Shown here: in pieces, positions 24,501-38,755 of the stretch
Numbering within the stretch: position 1 is the first letter of the stretch
Layout: each line of letters starts with the position of its first letter
Source: Mobula hypostoma
Taxonomy: Eukaryota
Direction: 5' to 3'
Length of the DNA: 64,000 nt
Assembly: GCF_963921235.1 (NCBI RefSeq)
Contig: NC_086097.1
Span: forward strand, 109,370,001 to 109,434,000
Made by a program: the position numbers and the translations under genes
Notes under the pieces: model-generated
What the model was told of the DNA's origin: nothing
What the model saw: only the letters and a program-made list of their open reading frames with translations
Databases searched by the model: none

Positions 24501-25190
24501 TTACGTTGCGACTCTGATGCTAACTTTATTCGAAAATTCTCTCGGAGATCAGCAAGCCCTGGCTTGTCACCCTCACTTGCTACCTTTCACCTCTGTCTCA
24601 ACGATCTAAGCTCTCTCCTCAACCTACTAATCTCCTTCTGGCACCTGCTTGGTTGCTTTGTAGGCTTTGCTTTCTTCAACTCAACCAAACCAAACCTGTA
24701 CTATCCAACATTGTAAATCATATCGCCCATCACTTCCAACTTTCTCTTTGATGTTCCCCTGAGAGTGTTCTCCAACATCATATTGATATCCTCATCAAAT
24801 ACACGCCAAGCCTTCTCATCTGCCATTGCTGGCCACTTGACCTTCCTCTTCTTCTCTACCTCCTCACCACCGCCATCATGCGAAGGATCTACCTGGGTAC
24901 TGTGGTCTGAAACCTGACCTGGGTTATCTCTCGTCTGACCTGGAGTATGATGACTCTCTCCAGAGCGAATCGCTGTGGCTTGTGAATCAGTGGTTGAAAA
25001 GACCACATCATCTGTGCTTGGTGAAGTAATCTCATCTTCATCCACTGGGATAGAATAGCACTTCAACTTTGCTCAGTGGACTCGTAAACCTTTAATGCTG
25101 GAAAAAGCTCTTCCACACCAACATACCTCTGTATGTAGATAATCTTCTTCAGGAATCCGGAACTGCCCCAGGATGGAAGTACCATAGATA
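21591..25190 (-). mobile_element. HERO-like (R2-group) non-LTR retrotransposon with RT and restriction-like endonuclease, decayed
   Basis: N-terminal Zn finger CWCGRAFSSIKGLRVH; RT FRPISLLNV, QKAGVPGFPGC, WLDLANAYGSVPH, GIPMGCAISP, AFMDD; CCHC knuckle CAACGEKGTLQHILSAC; RLE RHN...PDIIVWS...ELTVPWE...KLTKY...PFEVG. Several stops and frameshifts. Confidence 0.9.
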
Positions 25191-25504
25191 CTCCAAAGGA
25201 ACAATGCAAACACTAGAAAAATATTTTGCTCAGTTATGACACCATGGACGAGGTGGCTGTTATGAGATTTAGCATGTGAAAACAGTTCATGATACCATAA
25301 GCTTAAAAGAAGGCCAAACAGAAGTGAAAATTCCAGGGTACAGTTTACCTTGCAGGCAAAGTTCATAATAATTCTGCAGCCAGCTTGCCAGTAATCATGT
25401 ATTTTAAACATGAGGAGGTTGCAGACTGGGTGATCCTGGATATGACACTGTCACAGTCCTGGCACTTAACCTGGAGTAAAAATGTTGAGGGTCATGTAAC
25501 TTAA

Positions 25505-26460
25505 GACCAAAAGACAATAAGATTTAGGAGCAGAAGTAGGACATTCAGCCCATCAAGTCTGTTCCACCATTCAATCATGGGCTGATCCACTTTATCCAGT
25601 CATCCCCACTCCCCTACTTTCACCCCATACCTTTTGATGCCTTGGCTAATCGAGAACCTATCTATCTCTGCCTTAAATACGCCCAATGACTTGGCCTCCA
25701 CAGCCACTCATGGCAACAAATTCCACAGATTTACCACCCTCTAACTAAAGTAATTTCTCTGCAACTCAGTTCTAAAAGGACATCCTTCAATCCTGAAGTC
25801 GTGCCCTCTTGTCCTAGATTCCCCTACCATGGGAAATAACTTTGCCATATCTAATCTGTTCAGGCCTTTTAACATTTGGAATGTTTCGATGAGATCTCCC
25901 CTCATTCTCCTAAACTCCAGGGAATACAGCCCAAGAGCTGCCAGGCGTTCCTCATATGGTAACCCTTTCATTCCTGGAGTCATTCTCGTGAATCTTCTCT
26001 GAACCCTCTCCAATGTCAGTATATCCTTTCAAAAATAAGGAGCCCAAAACTGCACACAATACTCCAAGTGTGGTCTCACGAGTGCCTTATAGAGCCTCAT
26101 CACATCCCAGCTCTTACATTCTATACCTCCAGAAATGAATGCCAACATTGCATTTGCCTACTTCACAACCGACTCAACCTGCAGGTTAACCTTTAGACTC
26201 TTTGCATCTTTCTATTTTGAATTCTCTCTCCATCTAAATAGTAGTCTGCATGTTTATTTCTTCCACCAAAGTGCATTACCATACACTTTCCCACATTGTA
26301 TTTCATTTGCCACCTCTTTGCCCATTCCCCTTAACTATCTAAGTCTCTCTGCAGGCTCTCTGTTTCCTCATCACTACCCGCTCCTCCACCTATCTTTGTA
26401 TCATCGCCAAATTTAACAACAATTCCCCTAATACCGTAGTCCAAATCATTGACAATCAAC
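25505..26460 (-). mobile_element. CR1 3' fragment
   Basis: LERVQRRFTRMTPGMKGLPYEERL...TRGHDFRIEG; 3' UTR ending near 25505. Confidence 0.88.
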
Positions 26461-28789
26461 TTAATTCATGTGGCCTCGAGGTAATTGTTGTGGGTAATAT
26501 TTCCTGTGACCTCTACCATCTTGTGCTCTGCTCTCTATATGATTTTGAACTGTATGTTGGTGCTTGTGTTCAGCTTTTTGGTCCTTCCCCACGGTCCCCC
26601 GTAGAGCACCTGAGAGTCCACTCCACTAAATAAACACAAGAAATCCAGAGTAACACACACAAAATGCTGGCGGAACTCAGCAGCTCAGGCAGCATCTACA
26701 GAGAGGAATAAACAGTTCACATTTCAGGCCGATCTTTCATCTGGAGCTGTTGAGTTCCTCTAGTATTTTGTATGGGCAACACATTGAATCAACTTGCAGT
26801 GATTCAGAAAAGAATGTAAATTCTCAGCAGAAGTATTAGGATTTTTTTTTCCAAATGTAGGTGAGTGATAGCCAAGTGTTTATCAATGGTGAATGAACAA
26901 TGAGATGAAAAGGAAGAAACTGTGAAGTGAAGTAACAGAAGAAAGAAAACATATATTCTAGTAACTAGATGATGAAGTCTGGGTTCAGAAAGCAGGGGGT
27001 ACATTGATGCTGTCAGGTAACTTCAGTTTGCCAGTGAGAAAAATACTGCTTCAATGTCAGTCTTCAGCTCGTAGCATCATTTTCAGTGGTGTAGGCTCTC
27101 AATTGTGCACAGTTCTCAGAGTGAATTGTAGTCACAACAATTTTCATAATTTTCAGCAGTTACCTAGGGTCAAGGGTGATTTATGTCCACTTCAGCTATG
27201 AGTGTTCTCAGGGTGTCTAATGACACCAAAGTGGGACTCGGAGATCCTGCTTCAGATGTTTAGTGGGGCGAGCTGAGACTATGGTGATGCTTTGTCTGTT
27301 TTTTCACTGAACTTCTGAATATTCAATACAAAGTATTGTTCCCAAAGCTCATTTTACAATTTAGTGGTTAAAAGGTAACTATTTCAATACTGGAGATGTT
27401 GACCTGAAAGAGGACACTGTCTTTAGTTCATTTATCTTGCTAAAGGATTTGGAGGAAGCATGCCTTTGGTATCTCTCCAGTGGTGTTGTATAGACCGTGA
27501 TACTGTGTTTGAATTCTTAATCTTCAATGTTTATTCTCCGATGGCCAATTACATTAACTCTTTCATTCTCAGGATCCTTATTGAGATACGCTTCTGGACC
27601 CTCTCCAATGTTAGCACATCCTTTCTTAGATATGGTGCCCAAAACTGCTCACAATACTCCCAGTGCAGTCTGACTAATGCCTTATAAAGCTTCAGCATTG
27701 CATCCTGCGTGAGGACTCCCACATACCTTTGCACTTCTGATTTCTGAATTTATTCCCCATTTAGAAAACAAGCTACACCTTTATTCTATCAAAGTACATG
27801 CCCATATACTTCCTGACACTATATTCCATCTGCCTAATTCTTAGCCTGATCTTCTAATTTGTCTAAGTCCTTCTGCAGACTTCCTGTTCCTTCAACATTA
27901 TCCACCTCTCTTCTTGTCCTTGTATTATCAGTAAACGTGCTGCAAAGCCATCAATTTCATCATCCAAATCATTGACATACGGTATAATGTGAAAAGAAGC
28001 AGTCCCGACACCAATCCCTGTGGAACACCACGAGTCACTGGCAACCAATCAGAAAGGTCCCCTTTGTTTGCATACTTTGCCTCCTACCAGTCAAACAATC
28101 ATCAATCCATGCTAGTATCTTTCCTGTAATAACATGGGCTCTAATTTTGTTTTGCAGCCTCATCTGCAGTACCTTGTCAAAGGCCTTCTAAACATTCAAG
28201 TACTCAACAGCCACTGACTCGCCTTTCTCTATCCTGCCTGTTACTTCCGCAAAGAATTCCAACAAATTTGTTAGACAGGATTTCCCCTTAAGGAAACCAT
28301 TCTGACTTTAGCCTATTTTATCATGTACTTCCAAGTACTCTGAAACCTCATCCTTAATAACAGATTTCAACATCTTACCAGCCGCTAAGGTCAAGCTAAC
28401 TGGCATATAATTTCCTGTCTTTTGCCTCCCTCTCTCCCTGCTTAAAGGTGGAATGACATTTTCAAATTACTACCCTGAGGAACTATTCTAGAATCTAGTG
28501 ATTCTTGAAAGATCACTACTAATGACTCCACAGTCTCTTCGGCTACCTTCTTCAGTGTAGTTTATATGGTCCAGGTGACTTACAGTACCTACTTTCAGAA
28601 CTACACTCACTTCTGACCCAAACACTCCTGAATTTCTGGCATACTGCTGGTGTTTTCCACAGAGATGATTGAAGTAAAATAATAATTATTAAGTTTGTCT
28701 ACCATTTTCCTGTCCCCGATTACAACCTCACCAGCATCATTTCCAGCAGTCCAATATCCACTTTCACCTCTCTTTTACTCTTTATATAG

Positions 28790-30665
28790 TGTAGAGAAAG
28801 GAAGAGGAAGGCAGTAGTGATAGGGGACTCTATAGTTAGGGGATCAGACAGGCGATTCTGTGGACGCAGGAAAGAAACACAGATGGTAGTTTGCCTCCCA
28901 GGTGCCAGGTCCAGGATGTTCCTGCTCACATCTATGATATCTTGAAGTGGGAAGGAGAGCAGCCAGAGGTCGTGGTACATATTGGTACCAATGACATAGG
29001 TAGGAAAAGGGAGGAGGTCCTGAAAACAGACTACAGGGAGTTAGGAAGGAAGTTGAGAAGCAGGACCACAAAGGTAGTAATTTTGGGATTACTGCCTGTG
29101 CCATGTGACAGTGAGTATAGGAATAGAATGAGGTGGCGGATAAATGTGTGGCTGAGGGATTGGAACAGGGGGCAGGGATTCAGATTTCTGGATCATCGGG
29201 ACCTCTTTTGGGTCAGGTGTGACCTGTACAAAAAGGTTTCTTGACACAATAAGCCTGCAAGAGGAGAGACTGTACTTGATCTGGTATTGGGAAATAAACC
29301 TGGTCAGGTGTCAGATCTCTCAGTGGGAGAGCATTTTGGTAATAGTGATCACAATTCTATCTCCTTTAGAGGGATAGGAACAGACAAGTTAGGAAAACGT
29401 TTAATTAGAGTAGGGGGAAATATGAGGCTATCAGGCAGGAACTTGGAAGCATAAATTGGGAACAGATGTTCTCAGGGAATGTACAGAAGAAATGTGGCAA
29501 AAGTTCAGGGGATATTTGCATGGATATTTGCATAAGTATGTTCCCTTGAGACAGGGAAAGGATGGTAGGGTACAGGAACTGTGGTGTACAAAGGTTGTTG
29601 TAAATCTCATCAAGAAGAAAAGAAAAGCTTATGAAAGGTTCAAAAACTAGGTAATGATAGAGATCTAGAAGATTATAAGGCTAGCAGGAAGGATTTTAAG
29701 AATGAAATTAGGAGAGCCAGAAGGTGCCATAAGAAGGCCTTGGCGGACAGGATTAAGGAAAACTTCAAGGCATCCTACAAGTATGCGAAGAGCAATAGAA
29801 TAAGACGTGAGAGAATAGACCAATCAAGTCTGACAGCAGAAAAGTGTGTATGGAACCGGAGGAGACAGCAGAGGTTCTTAATGAATATTTTGCTTCAATA
29901 TTCACTACAGAAAAAGATCTTGGTGATTTTGGGGATGACTTACAGTGGACTGAAAAGCTTGAGCATGTAGATATTAAGAAAGAGGATGTGCTGGAGCTTT
30001 TGGAAAGCATCAAGTTGGATAACTTACCGGGACCAGACAAGATGTACCCCAGGCTACTGTCAGAGGCAAAGGAGGAAATTGCTGAGCCTCTGGCGATGAT
30101 CTTTGCATCATCAATGGTGATGGGAGAGGTTCCAGAGGATTGGAGGGTTGCGGATGTCATTCCCTTATTCAAGAAAAGGAATAGAGATAGCCCGGGAAAT
30201 TATAGTCTTACCTCAGTGGTTGGTAGGTTGATAGAGAAGATCCTGAGAGGCAGGATTTATGAACATTTGGAAAGACATAATATGATTCGGAATAGTCAGC
30301 ATGGCTTTGTCAAAGGCAGGTTGTGTCTTACGAGCCTGATTGAATTTCTTGAGGAGGTGACTAATCACATTGATGGAGGTAGAGCAGTAGATATTGTGTA
30401 TATGGATTTCAGCAAGGCATTTGATAAAGTACCCCATGCAAGGCTTACTGAGAAAGTAAGAAGGAATGGGATCCAAGGGGACATTGCTTTGTGGATCCAG
30501 AACTGGCTTGCCCACAGATGGCAAAGAGTGGTTGTAGACGGGTCATATTCTACATGGAGGTTGGTGACCAGTGGTGTGCCTCAGGGATCTGTTCTGGGAC
30601 CCTTACTCTTCGTGATTTTTATAAATGACCTGGTTGAGGAAGTGGAGGGATGGATTAGTAAATTG
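28790..30665 (+). mobile_element. CR1 (same family as 2503-5975) with esterase ORF1, internally deleted EN and RT
   Basis: AVVIGDSIVRG...VVVHIGTNDIG; RT SQHGFVKGRLCLTSLIEF, YMDFSKAFDKVPH, SGVPQGSVLGPLLFVIFINDL. Confidence 0.92.
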
Positions 30666-31059
30666 GTATCCTCTTTTAAATTATTTGCTAGCTTTCATTT
30701 ATACTTCATTTTTTTCTCTCCTTATGGTATCTTTAGCTGCTTTCTGTTCCTTTTTAAAAAGTGTTCCAATCTTTTTAACTTCTCACTATTTGTTGCTATA
30801 TTATATGCCTTCTCTTTTGCAATTATGCTGTCTTTGACTTTGCTTGTCAGCCATGGTTGCTTCATCCTCCCTTTAGAGTACATCTTCTTTGGGATGCACC
30901 TCCTGAATTGTTCCCAGAAACTCCAGCCTTTGCTATTGTTCCATCATCCCTGCTAGTGTCCCCTTCTAGTCAATTTTGGCCAGCTCCGCTCACATGCCTC
31001 TGTAGTTCCCTTTACTCCACTGTAATACTGGTACATCTGATTTTAGCTTCCTCCTCTCA

Positions 31060-31705
31060 AACCAGTTAACTTGCATTTATTTTGAGAGGATTAGAATATA
31101 AAAGCAGGGATGTAATGCTGAGTCTTTGTAAGGCATTGGTCAGACCACACTTGGAGTTTTGAGAGCAGTTCTGGACCCCTCATCAAAGAAAGCATGTGCT
31201 GGAAATGAAGAGGGTCCAGAGCCAGATCTTGGGAACGGTTCCAGGAATGGAAGGTTTAACTTATGAAGAGCGTTTCATGGCTCTAGGCCTGAACTCACCG
31301 GTTTATAAAAATATGAAAGTCAGATCTCATTGAAACATATTAAATATTGGAAGGCCTAGATAGAGTGGACGTGGAAAGGATGTTTCCTATAATGGGGAAT
31401 CTAAGTTTAGATTGCCACTGCCTCAGAATTGAAGGATGCCTATTTAAAACAGAGATGAAGATGAATTTCTTTAGCCAGAGGATAGTGAAGCTGTGGAATT
31501 CATTGTCACAGACGGCTGTGGAGACTAAGACATTGTGTATATGTAAAGTGAAGCTTGATGGGTTCTTGATTAGTAAGGGTGTCAAAGGTTACAGGGAGAA
31601 GGCAGGAGAATGGGGGTAAGAGGGACAATAAATCAGCCATGATGGAATGGCAGAACAGACAATGTGTTGAATGGCCTAATTCTAGTCCTATGTCTTACTG
31701 TCTAA
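31060..31705 (+). mobile_element. CR1 3' fragment
   Basis: GLDRVDVERMFP...NFFSQRIVKLWNSL followed by 3' UTR. Confidence 0.85.
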
Positions 31706-32559
31706 ACTACAGGGTGAATTCCATTGTATTATGAATAGTTGCTCCTAAGGGTTCCTTTACGTTAAGCTCCATAATCAAATCTGATTCATTACACAACACC
31801 CAATCCAATTTCTTACATAACACCTGATTTCTCTAGTACTCTCAACCGCAAGCTTCTCTAAAAATCGTCTTGTAGATATTCTACAAATTCCTTCTCTTGG
31901 GATAAAACACCAACCTGATTTTTTCATTCTACCTGCATGTTGAAATCCCCAATGACTATCATAACATTGCCATTTTTATATGAGTTTTCTGTCTCGTGTT
32001 GTAATTTGTATCCGACATCCTGGTTACTGTTCAGAGGCCTGCATACAGTATAACTCCATCAGGGTCTTTTTACCCTTGCAGTTTCTGAACTCTGCCCACG
32101 AGGATTCTACATCTTCTGATCCTATGTCAATTCTTTCTAAGGAATTGGTTGTATGTTTTACCGGAGCTACCCCACCCACTCTGCCTATCAGCCTGTCCTT
32201 TCAATACAATGTGTATTCTTGGATGTTAAGCTCCCAACTATGATCTTCCTTCAGCCATGACTCCGTGATGCCATAACATCATACCTGCCAATCTCAAACT
32301 GCCCTACAAGATCATCTACCTTTTACCGCTTAATGCATGCATTCAAATATAACACCTTCCATCCTATGTTCATCACCCTTTTTGATTTTGCACCCATATT
32401 ACCAGAGGTTAAATTCTTATTCTTTTCTCAACTTTTCACCTTTCTATTTATGTTGGACTCTTTTATAACCTCTTCTGCACTCTCCTTCCCAATTACTTTA
32501 TCCTCACTTTTCTAAACTGTTGAACTATTGAACCTACTATATAGTTTAAAGGCATACTT

Positions 32560-33445
32560 CAGCCCATCCTGTTGACTGCAGTTATGCCCTATCATCCATG
32601 CACCATAAAAAGGCTTTCTATCTGGATGCATAGTGTCTTGGCATTGTAACTGCTCTGACCCTGAACACAGGAAACTGCAGAGAGTTGTCAACACATCTTA
32701 GCACATCACAGTAACCAGCCTCCCCTCCATCAACTCTGTCCATACTTCTCCCTGCCTTAGTAAAGCACCCAACATAATCAAGGTCCTACCCACCTGTGTC
32801 ATACTCCCTTTTTCCCCCTTCTCCCCCCCACCCATTGGACAAAAGATGCAAAGCAACGCATACAAAATGCTGGAGGAATTCAGTATGTCAGGCAGCATCT
32901 ATGAAACACCCTTCTTCAGGACTGGAAAGGAAGGGGGAAGGTAGGGGGAAGGTGGGGGGAGGGGAAGGCAATAGGTGAAGCCAGGTGGATTGGAAAGGTA
33001 AAGGGCTGGAGAAGAAGGAATCTTGTAGGAGAGGAGAGCAGAGCATAGAAGAAAGGGAAGGAGGAGGGGACCCAGGGGGAGGTGATAGGCAGGCAAGGAG
33101 AAGTAAGAGGCCAGAGTGGGAACAGAAGAAGAGGGGAGGGGGAGGCTTGAAAGTACAATCATCAAGCTCAAGGAGAATTTCTACTCTTGCTGTTATAAGA
33201 CAAATGAACAGTTGCCCTGTACAATAAAATGGACTTTTAACGTCTCAATCTACCTCATTAGGACCTGCTACCTTATTGTCCATTGTACATGTGCTTCACT
33301 TTCTCTGTAGCTGTTACACTTTATTCTGCATTCTGTTATTGCTTTATCTTGTACTACAATACCTCACACACTATGATATGAATTGATCTTCATGAACAGT
33401 ATGCAAGACAAGCTTTTCACTGTACCTGAGTACATCTGTTAATAA
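32560..33445 (+). mobile_element. Rex1-type 3' fragment interrupted by a minus-strand PLE terminal-repeat remnant (~32855-33145)
   Basis: RKLQRVVNTS.HIT and KENFYSCCYK-like C-terminal pieces flank a purine-rich segment starting aaaatgctggaggaattcag...ttcaggactgg. Confidence 0.65.
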
Positions 33446-35789
33446 TAGACAAATTGCAATTCAAATTCCAATATCCTAGTTTCTTCTCTCCATCTCAGAC
33501 CCCCGACACAACTTTCTGATTGTACATTTCTGACACCACAGAGCCTTGCTCGAAACTTTTGACTGTGATGATGATTTCCGAGCCTCAGGATCATTCCAGG
33601 CAGTAGCTGGTAAATATCATAAGCCATGGCTAGCAGTGCACCACTGCACTCCCGATGTGACAGAAGCCCCCCACTCAATGATTTCCACTCCTGAAAGTGG
33701 ATTTGACCGGACTGTGTTTTTCCAGCTAATTCAATGTCACTGTCAGATTTGTGTGGACCCCAGCTTGTTCCAGTATTGAAAGGACGATCATGATGGGCAT
33801 TCGTTGAATGTACAAATAAAAAGGCACACTGCCAAGAAGCTCTTATTAAAGATGGATTTACTGTAAGCCTGATATTTCCTTTGGCTGTGACACCCAGAGC
33901 CTGAGGCAAGAATCTTAAGACAGTGGTCTATTAAACATTCTGTTGATTCTCTTTGGCACTCTCTTCAAGGTCTTCCTATCTTTGTACAGCACTCTGCCCA
34001 GAATTAGTCATAAAATTCTAGTTGCATTTGAAATTTTTTTCACGACTTCATCACGACATCTGTGCTCATGTATTCATAACCCCCCAAATATGCATGCTTT
34101 CTAAACTGCTCTTTTCAATGACTTATTCCAGTCTGACACAGCTCTCTATATTTGTGCATGTCTTTTAAAACAATGACTCTCCACATTCTTTCCACTGAAA
34201 TTTAATTCCTTTTTCTGATTTAATTTTCTGTCCCTCATATCTGTCCCTTACACCTGCCCGCATTGTTCACTTTTCTTTCAAGTTTCTTCTGAATTTATTT
34301 TAAAAATTCCAGCCATTTCCTATTTTCCTTCTACCTCAGTCCATGTCCCCCAGTATCACCAGTCTTGACTTTTGAGGATCTTCATGATTTCTCTACAGAT
34401 TTGCTCATCTGTATCTTTCCTATCAGTTGGCAGCATAGGGCTTTTAAGGGGGCTTAATTATGGCAGGACAGACACAATGAATAGTAGAACCATAGCAATT
34501 AATGAGGAAATGGGAGTTCCTTGGTGTCCAAGTGTTCCCCTAGTCTCTAGATAAGGTTGTGAAGAAGGGAAAAGGGGCACTGCATATTACTAGGGGTTTT
34601 CGTTTTGTTCTGAAGCTGCATTAGTCCAAGTAGGTTTTAAAATATTCTTCCAAGTATAGGTTAATAGTTCTCTTCAATGTTACTGGATCTCGTTCAGTAA
34701 ATACTGAGAATATTCTTCAGTGTTCAGGAGTACACTCATTCAAGCTATTGGACAGTGTTACTTGATACCATTGACTGTTGCCTTGTTCTTGGTGAAAAGG
34801 CTGGGGACTCAACAGAGAATATTCAGCCTCTAATGCAAGGGATCCCAGCTTTTTTTTATGCTATGGAACCTTACCATTAACTGAGGGTTCCGTGGCCCTT
34901 AGGTTAGGAACCCCTGCCTAATGTTTTTTGCAGCCATTTTAATTATGTTTAGCTATGAACTCTCAGCTTCTTATTTTACCTCCCTCCCCCAACCACCTGT
35001 CTTCACTTATTACCTTCCAGCTTGTACTCTACCCTCTCCCCATCCCATCTTCTTATTCTTGCTTCTTGTCCCTTCCTTTCCAGTCCTGATGAAGGTTATC
35101 GGCCCAAGATGTCGACTGTTCATTTCCATAGATGCTGCCTGACCTGCCGAGTTCCTCCAGCAATGCTTGTGTGCTGCTCTGGATTCCAGAATCTGTAGAG
35201 TCACTTGTGATTGTAATTATGTGTCTGGTCCAGGTAAACCTCAGATCAGTACTCAGACACAGATATTTATGGAGAGGCTTCAGTGAATGCAATGCACATT
35301 AATCCACTCTTGTTGGAGATTTTTAATACTTGTGTGCTACAAATGTTACTCCCAACTCATCTGCCCAACCCTGAAATTTTACCAGCTCTTGATTACCTTT
35401 TCTCTTTGCCTTGTTGATGATACAAGATTCTTCACTGGCAGCACAGAGTAATTAAATGGGCCTATTTAGCACGGCCAGAGATGGGTTCTTGCTATTCCCT
35501 GACATACCTATCCCTCCTAATCCCTTCTTTCTTTTCTCCTGTTGTACAGCTACACTTGATGGCTCTGCTCCTTTGCCATGAGACAGTGGGGGACTCAGCA
35601 AGTGACAGCAAGAAGAACTGCTCGACAAACCAGTGGAAAAGTAGGCATAACTGGGGCCCATAGCTACACCTTTGATTTGGTGGAAGTCCAAGGAGTGAAA
35701 GGAGAGAAGGCAGATGTTCCCTGAGCCAGTATCTTGTTTTTGCTCTGGATTCTAGCACCTGCAGTCTCTTCTGTCCCCCAAGCAATTTC

Positions 35790-37320
35790 TCTTTAGTCTC
35801 CTTCTACTTTCTGTAAACCAAAGGTGCAGCCATAGGCACTTGCATCAGCCTGAGTTACACTTGCCTTTTCTTGGCTATGTGGAACAATCCATGTTCCAAA
35901 CCTACTCAGACACTACTCCCGACTCGTTCTCTGCTACACTGAGGACTGCACTGATGCTGTTTCCGGCAACTGTGCAGAGCTCATCAATTTCATTACCTTC
36001 ACTATGAATACCCACCTCACCCTCAAATTCATCTGGTCCATTTCCAGCACCTCTCTCCCCTCTCTTCAGCTCCATTTCAGGGGTCAGATTATCTACCAAC
36101 ATCTACTACAAACTCTCTGATTTGCACAAGCCTAGACTATAGCTCTCTTGTGAATATCTTATATCGTAATAGCTTATATCTCACCGTCACTTGTAAAGAT
36201 CTTATACCTTTTTCTCAGTTACTCCACCTCCACGGCATCTGTTCTCATGATGAGACCTCCACTCCAGGACGTCCAAGATGTCTTCCTTTTTCAGAAAACA
36301 TGGCTCATACCCCCCCATGCTATTGATGGAGTTCTCAGTCGTATCTCATCTCCCACACTTGTGCCCTTACCCCATCAACACATAACCTCCGCCACCCAGA
36401 CAGAGCAGTGATGCAGTTCCCCCACACATCCAGTACCTCATTCTTCAGAGTTTCCACCAGCTACAACATGACCCTACCTCTCTGCACTCCTTTATACAGG
36501 GACCTCTCTTTCTGGGACTCCCTGGTCCTCTCAGCTTTCTCCACTCTTCCCAGGGACTTTCTCCTGTAGCTATAAGAGGTTTATTACCTGTCCCTACACC
36601 TCCTCCCTCTCTAACACCTAGGGCCCTAAATGAGACTCTAGATGAAGCAGATTGTTACATGTAAATCCTCCAGCCCGGTTATTTACATCTGATGCTCCCG
36701 ATGTGGCCTTTTCGGCATCGATGAAGTGAGGTGCAAACTGGACAATTGCTTCACGGCACTGGAGCTCAGTGCACTATGGCTATCTGGAGCTCCTGGCCAC
36801 CAGTCATTTCATTTCCTCTCCCCAGTCCCATTCCAAAATGTCTGTCCTCGGCCTCCCCCACTGCCAGGATGAGATAGAGTACAGACTAGTGGATCAGCAA
36901 ACCATATCCCACCAGGGGCCAGTCTACAACCCAACAGCATGGACATTGAGTTCCTCAACCTCCAGTAAATGCACCACCTCTGACTCTTTTCTCTGTCTTT
37001 ATCATCTACCTGGTTCTTCTTACGCTAACCTCAGTCCCCAAACCCTATTTCTTTCTCCTCCTCTATCTATTACATCTGCCCATCACCCACACACTCCTCC
37101 CCCACTGAATCCACCTGCCCTCCTCATCTTCCTTATATGGCTTCAAAATCCACCTTCCTCTCAAATCAGATTCCATAGTCTACTGTTTTTTGTTGGGTCC
37201 AATTATAACCTCCCAGCTTCTGTTGCTCATTCCACTTTCCTCATCCCCTCTCATTACTTGGATCCACTTACTAGTTTTGGCCCCTTCCCTTCACTTCATC
37301 TTTTCCCATCTAAATATAAA
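35790..37320 (+). mobile_element. Old Neptune-like PLE with decayed RT and GIY-YIG
   Basis: Remnants of KGxAMG..PSYACLF..YVEQSMF and an RYIDD-like motif, then tgctcccgatgtggcctt GIY-YIG region and pyrimidine-rich tail. A related minus fragment (QIKGVAMGPSYA) lies at 35400-35690. Confidence 0.75.
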
Positions 37321-38588
37321 TGGCTTTACTGTCAGAATACAAAGTCATATTTACAGATGCAGCAAATAACTGAGGATGATGGCAATCAACTGGAATGGGA
37401 CATTGATATTCTAACAAAACGGGCTGTCAAGTGACAGATGACACATTACAGTGATGTGTAAAGTGAAAGAGGCAAAAAGACTTAGTGACACAGTTGTAAA
37501 ATGTGTGCAGAATAAAGGGACTTCAGAATTCACATGGACTAATCTTTGAATGTGGCAGGACAGACCTTAGGCTTCATGGAATAGACATAGAACAGAAAAG
37601 CATGAAAGTTGCTTTGAATGTTTATAAATCTCTGGTTAGGCCACGACTAAAATACTACAACAAGTTTGACCAACGTACTTTTGGAAGGATATGAGTGACA
37701 TTAGAGGATGTAGGTGAGGTTTTCCAGAATACTTACAGAAATTATGCATTTTAGCTACAAGTTGAGAAAATATATTTAATACTGGACACAGCCCTCCATG
37801 AGAACATTTTTCATCTGCCATCAGTTTCATTCCTTGTATATGAATTTGCATATTATGTACATTTGCAACTAATCAAAATACATTGATAAATAGTCCATTA
37901 ATAGAATGCATATTATCTATTGCAAACTAAATAATCTGTATTTTGTGTCAAACATATTGACTTCTAGTACATGGACAATGAATACAATGTGTACTTTGAG
38001 CATTTGAAGAGATGCACCTTCCATCTGTGAATCCATCTGGCTGGTTTGCCAATCTCATACCCTGGAGCAAACATCACTCATGTTTCAAAGGAGCATCTTG
38101 CATGCTTTCAGCCTGAGTGATCAAACCTTTTTACATTGGTGTAATAAACTGTCATTGTGGACATCACACCAGATTAATTACCTAAGTGCTTGCCTAGCTG
38201 ATTGCTGCTGTCAGGCATATCATCTTGTGCTTCAGATGACCACACATACTCTGTTGTCATGGTGATTTAGATCCTTGTTTTAAACCTGTAATAGAGCAGA
38301 GTAAGAAACTGAGATTAAAATGGAAAATTCAATTCAGTTTTTAAGAAGAATGAAAATGTATTCACTTATTAAAATATTTTTCCAGTCCAGGAATTTTTAA
38401 ATGCGGGAAGCAATCAGTATTGTGTGCCACAGTAGGGTAGAGGTTAGCATGACGCTATTAAAATGTGGAGTTCAGTCCTGGTGTCATCTGTAAGGAGTCT
38501 GTAAGTCCTCCCCGTGGAATGCGTAGGTTTTCTCTGCATGCTCTGGTTTCCTCTCACACTGCAAAAGCAGACCAGGAGGTTGTAAGTT

Positions 38589-38755
38589 CCCACTTTCAAA
38601 TCTCTTACTAACTCTTCCTTCAGTTAGTCCTGACGAAGGGTCTCGGCCTGAAACGTCGACTGTACCTCTTCCTACAGATGCTGTCTGGCCTGCTGCGTTC
38701 ACCAGCAACTTTGATGTGTGTTGCTTGAATTTCCAGCATCTGCAGAATTCCTGTT
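38589..38755 (+). mobile_element. Short Neptune-like PLE 3' fragment
   Basis: Matches the PLE 3' end at ~45685-45850; TSD ggttgtaagtt at 38578-38588 and 38756-38766. Confidence 0.88.
38626..38662 (+). ncRNA. Minimal type I hammerhead ribozyme
   Basis: agtc-CTGACGA-agggtctcggcct-GAAA-c-GTC-gactg with intact core. Confidence 0.82.

Larger units (their letters stand above)
27545..32515 (-). mobile_element. Old CR1 on the minus strand, split by younger plus-strand CR1 copies
   Basis: Minus-strand pieces: LYKALVRLHWEYCEQFWAPYLRKDV (27549-27734), RT core 27860-28790, linker 30665-31060, endonuclease region 31700-32515. Confidence 0.75.

Noticed and set aside
25349..25470. Exon-like segment (tttttactccag|...CAAG|gtaaac) on the PPP1R17 strand
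   Set aside because: Stops in all three frames, and the internal ATG frame that reaches the donor ends in phase 0, incompatible with the phase-1 exon; at most a non-coding exon.
29844..30956. 370-aa ORF as an intact RT with a hydrophobic tail
   Set aside because: The CR1 RT is truncated just before FADD; the tail is read-through into an antisense CR1 fragment.
33439..33909. 156-aa minus-strand ORF
   Set aside because: Non-ATG start, no recognisable domain or splice signals; probably chance or an old repeat.
36769..37434. 221-aa ORF
   Set aside because: Runs through a decayed PLE GIY-YIG end and pyrimidine-rich tail into a CR1 remnant; chimeric and not a gene.
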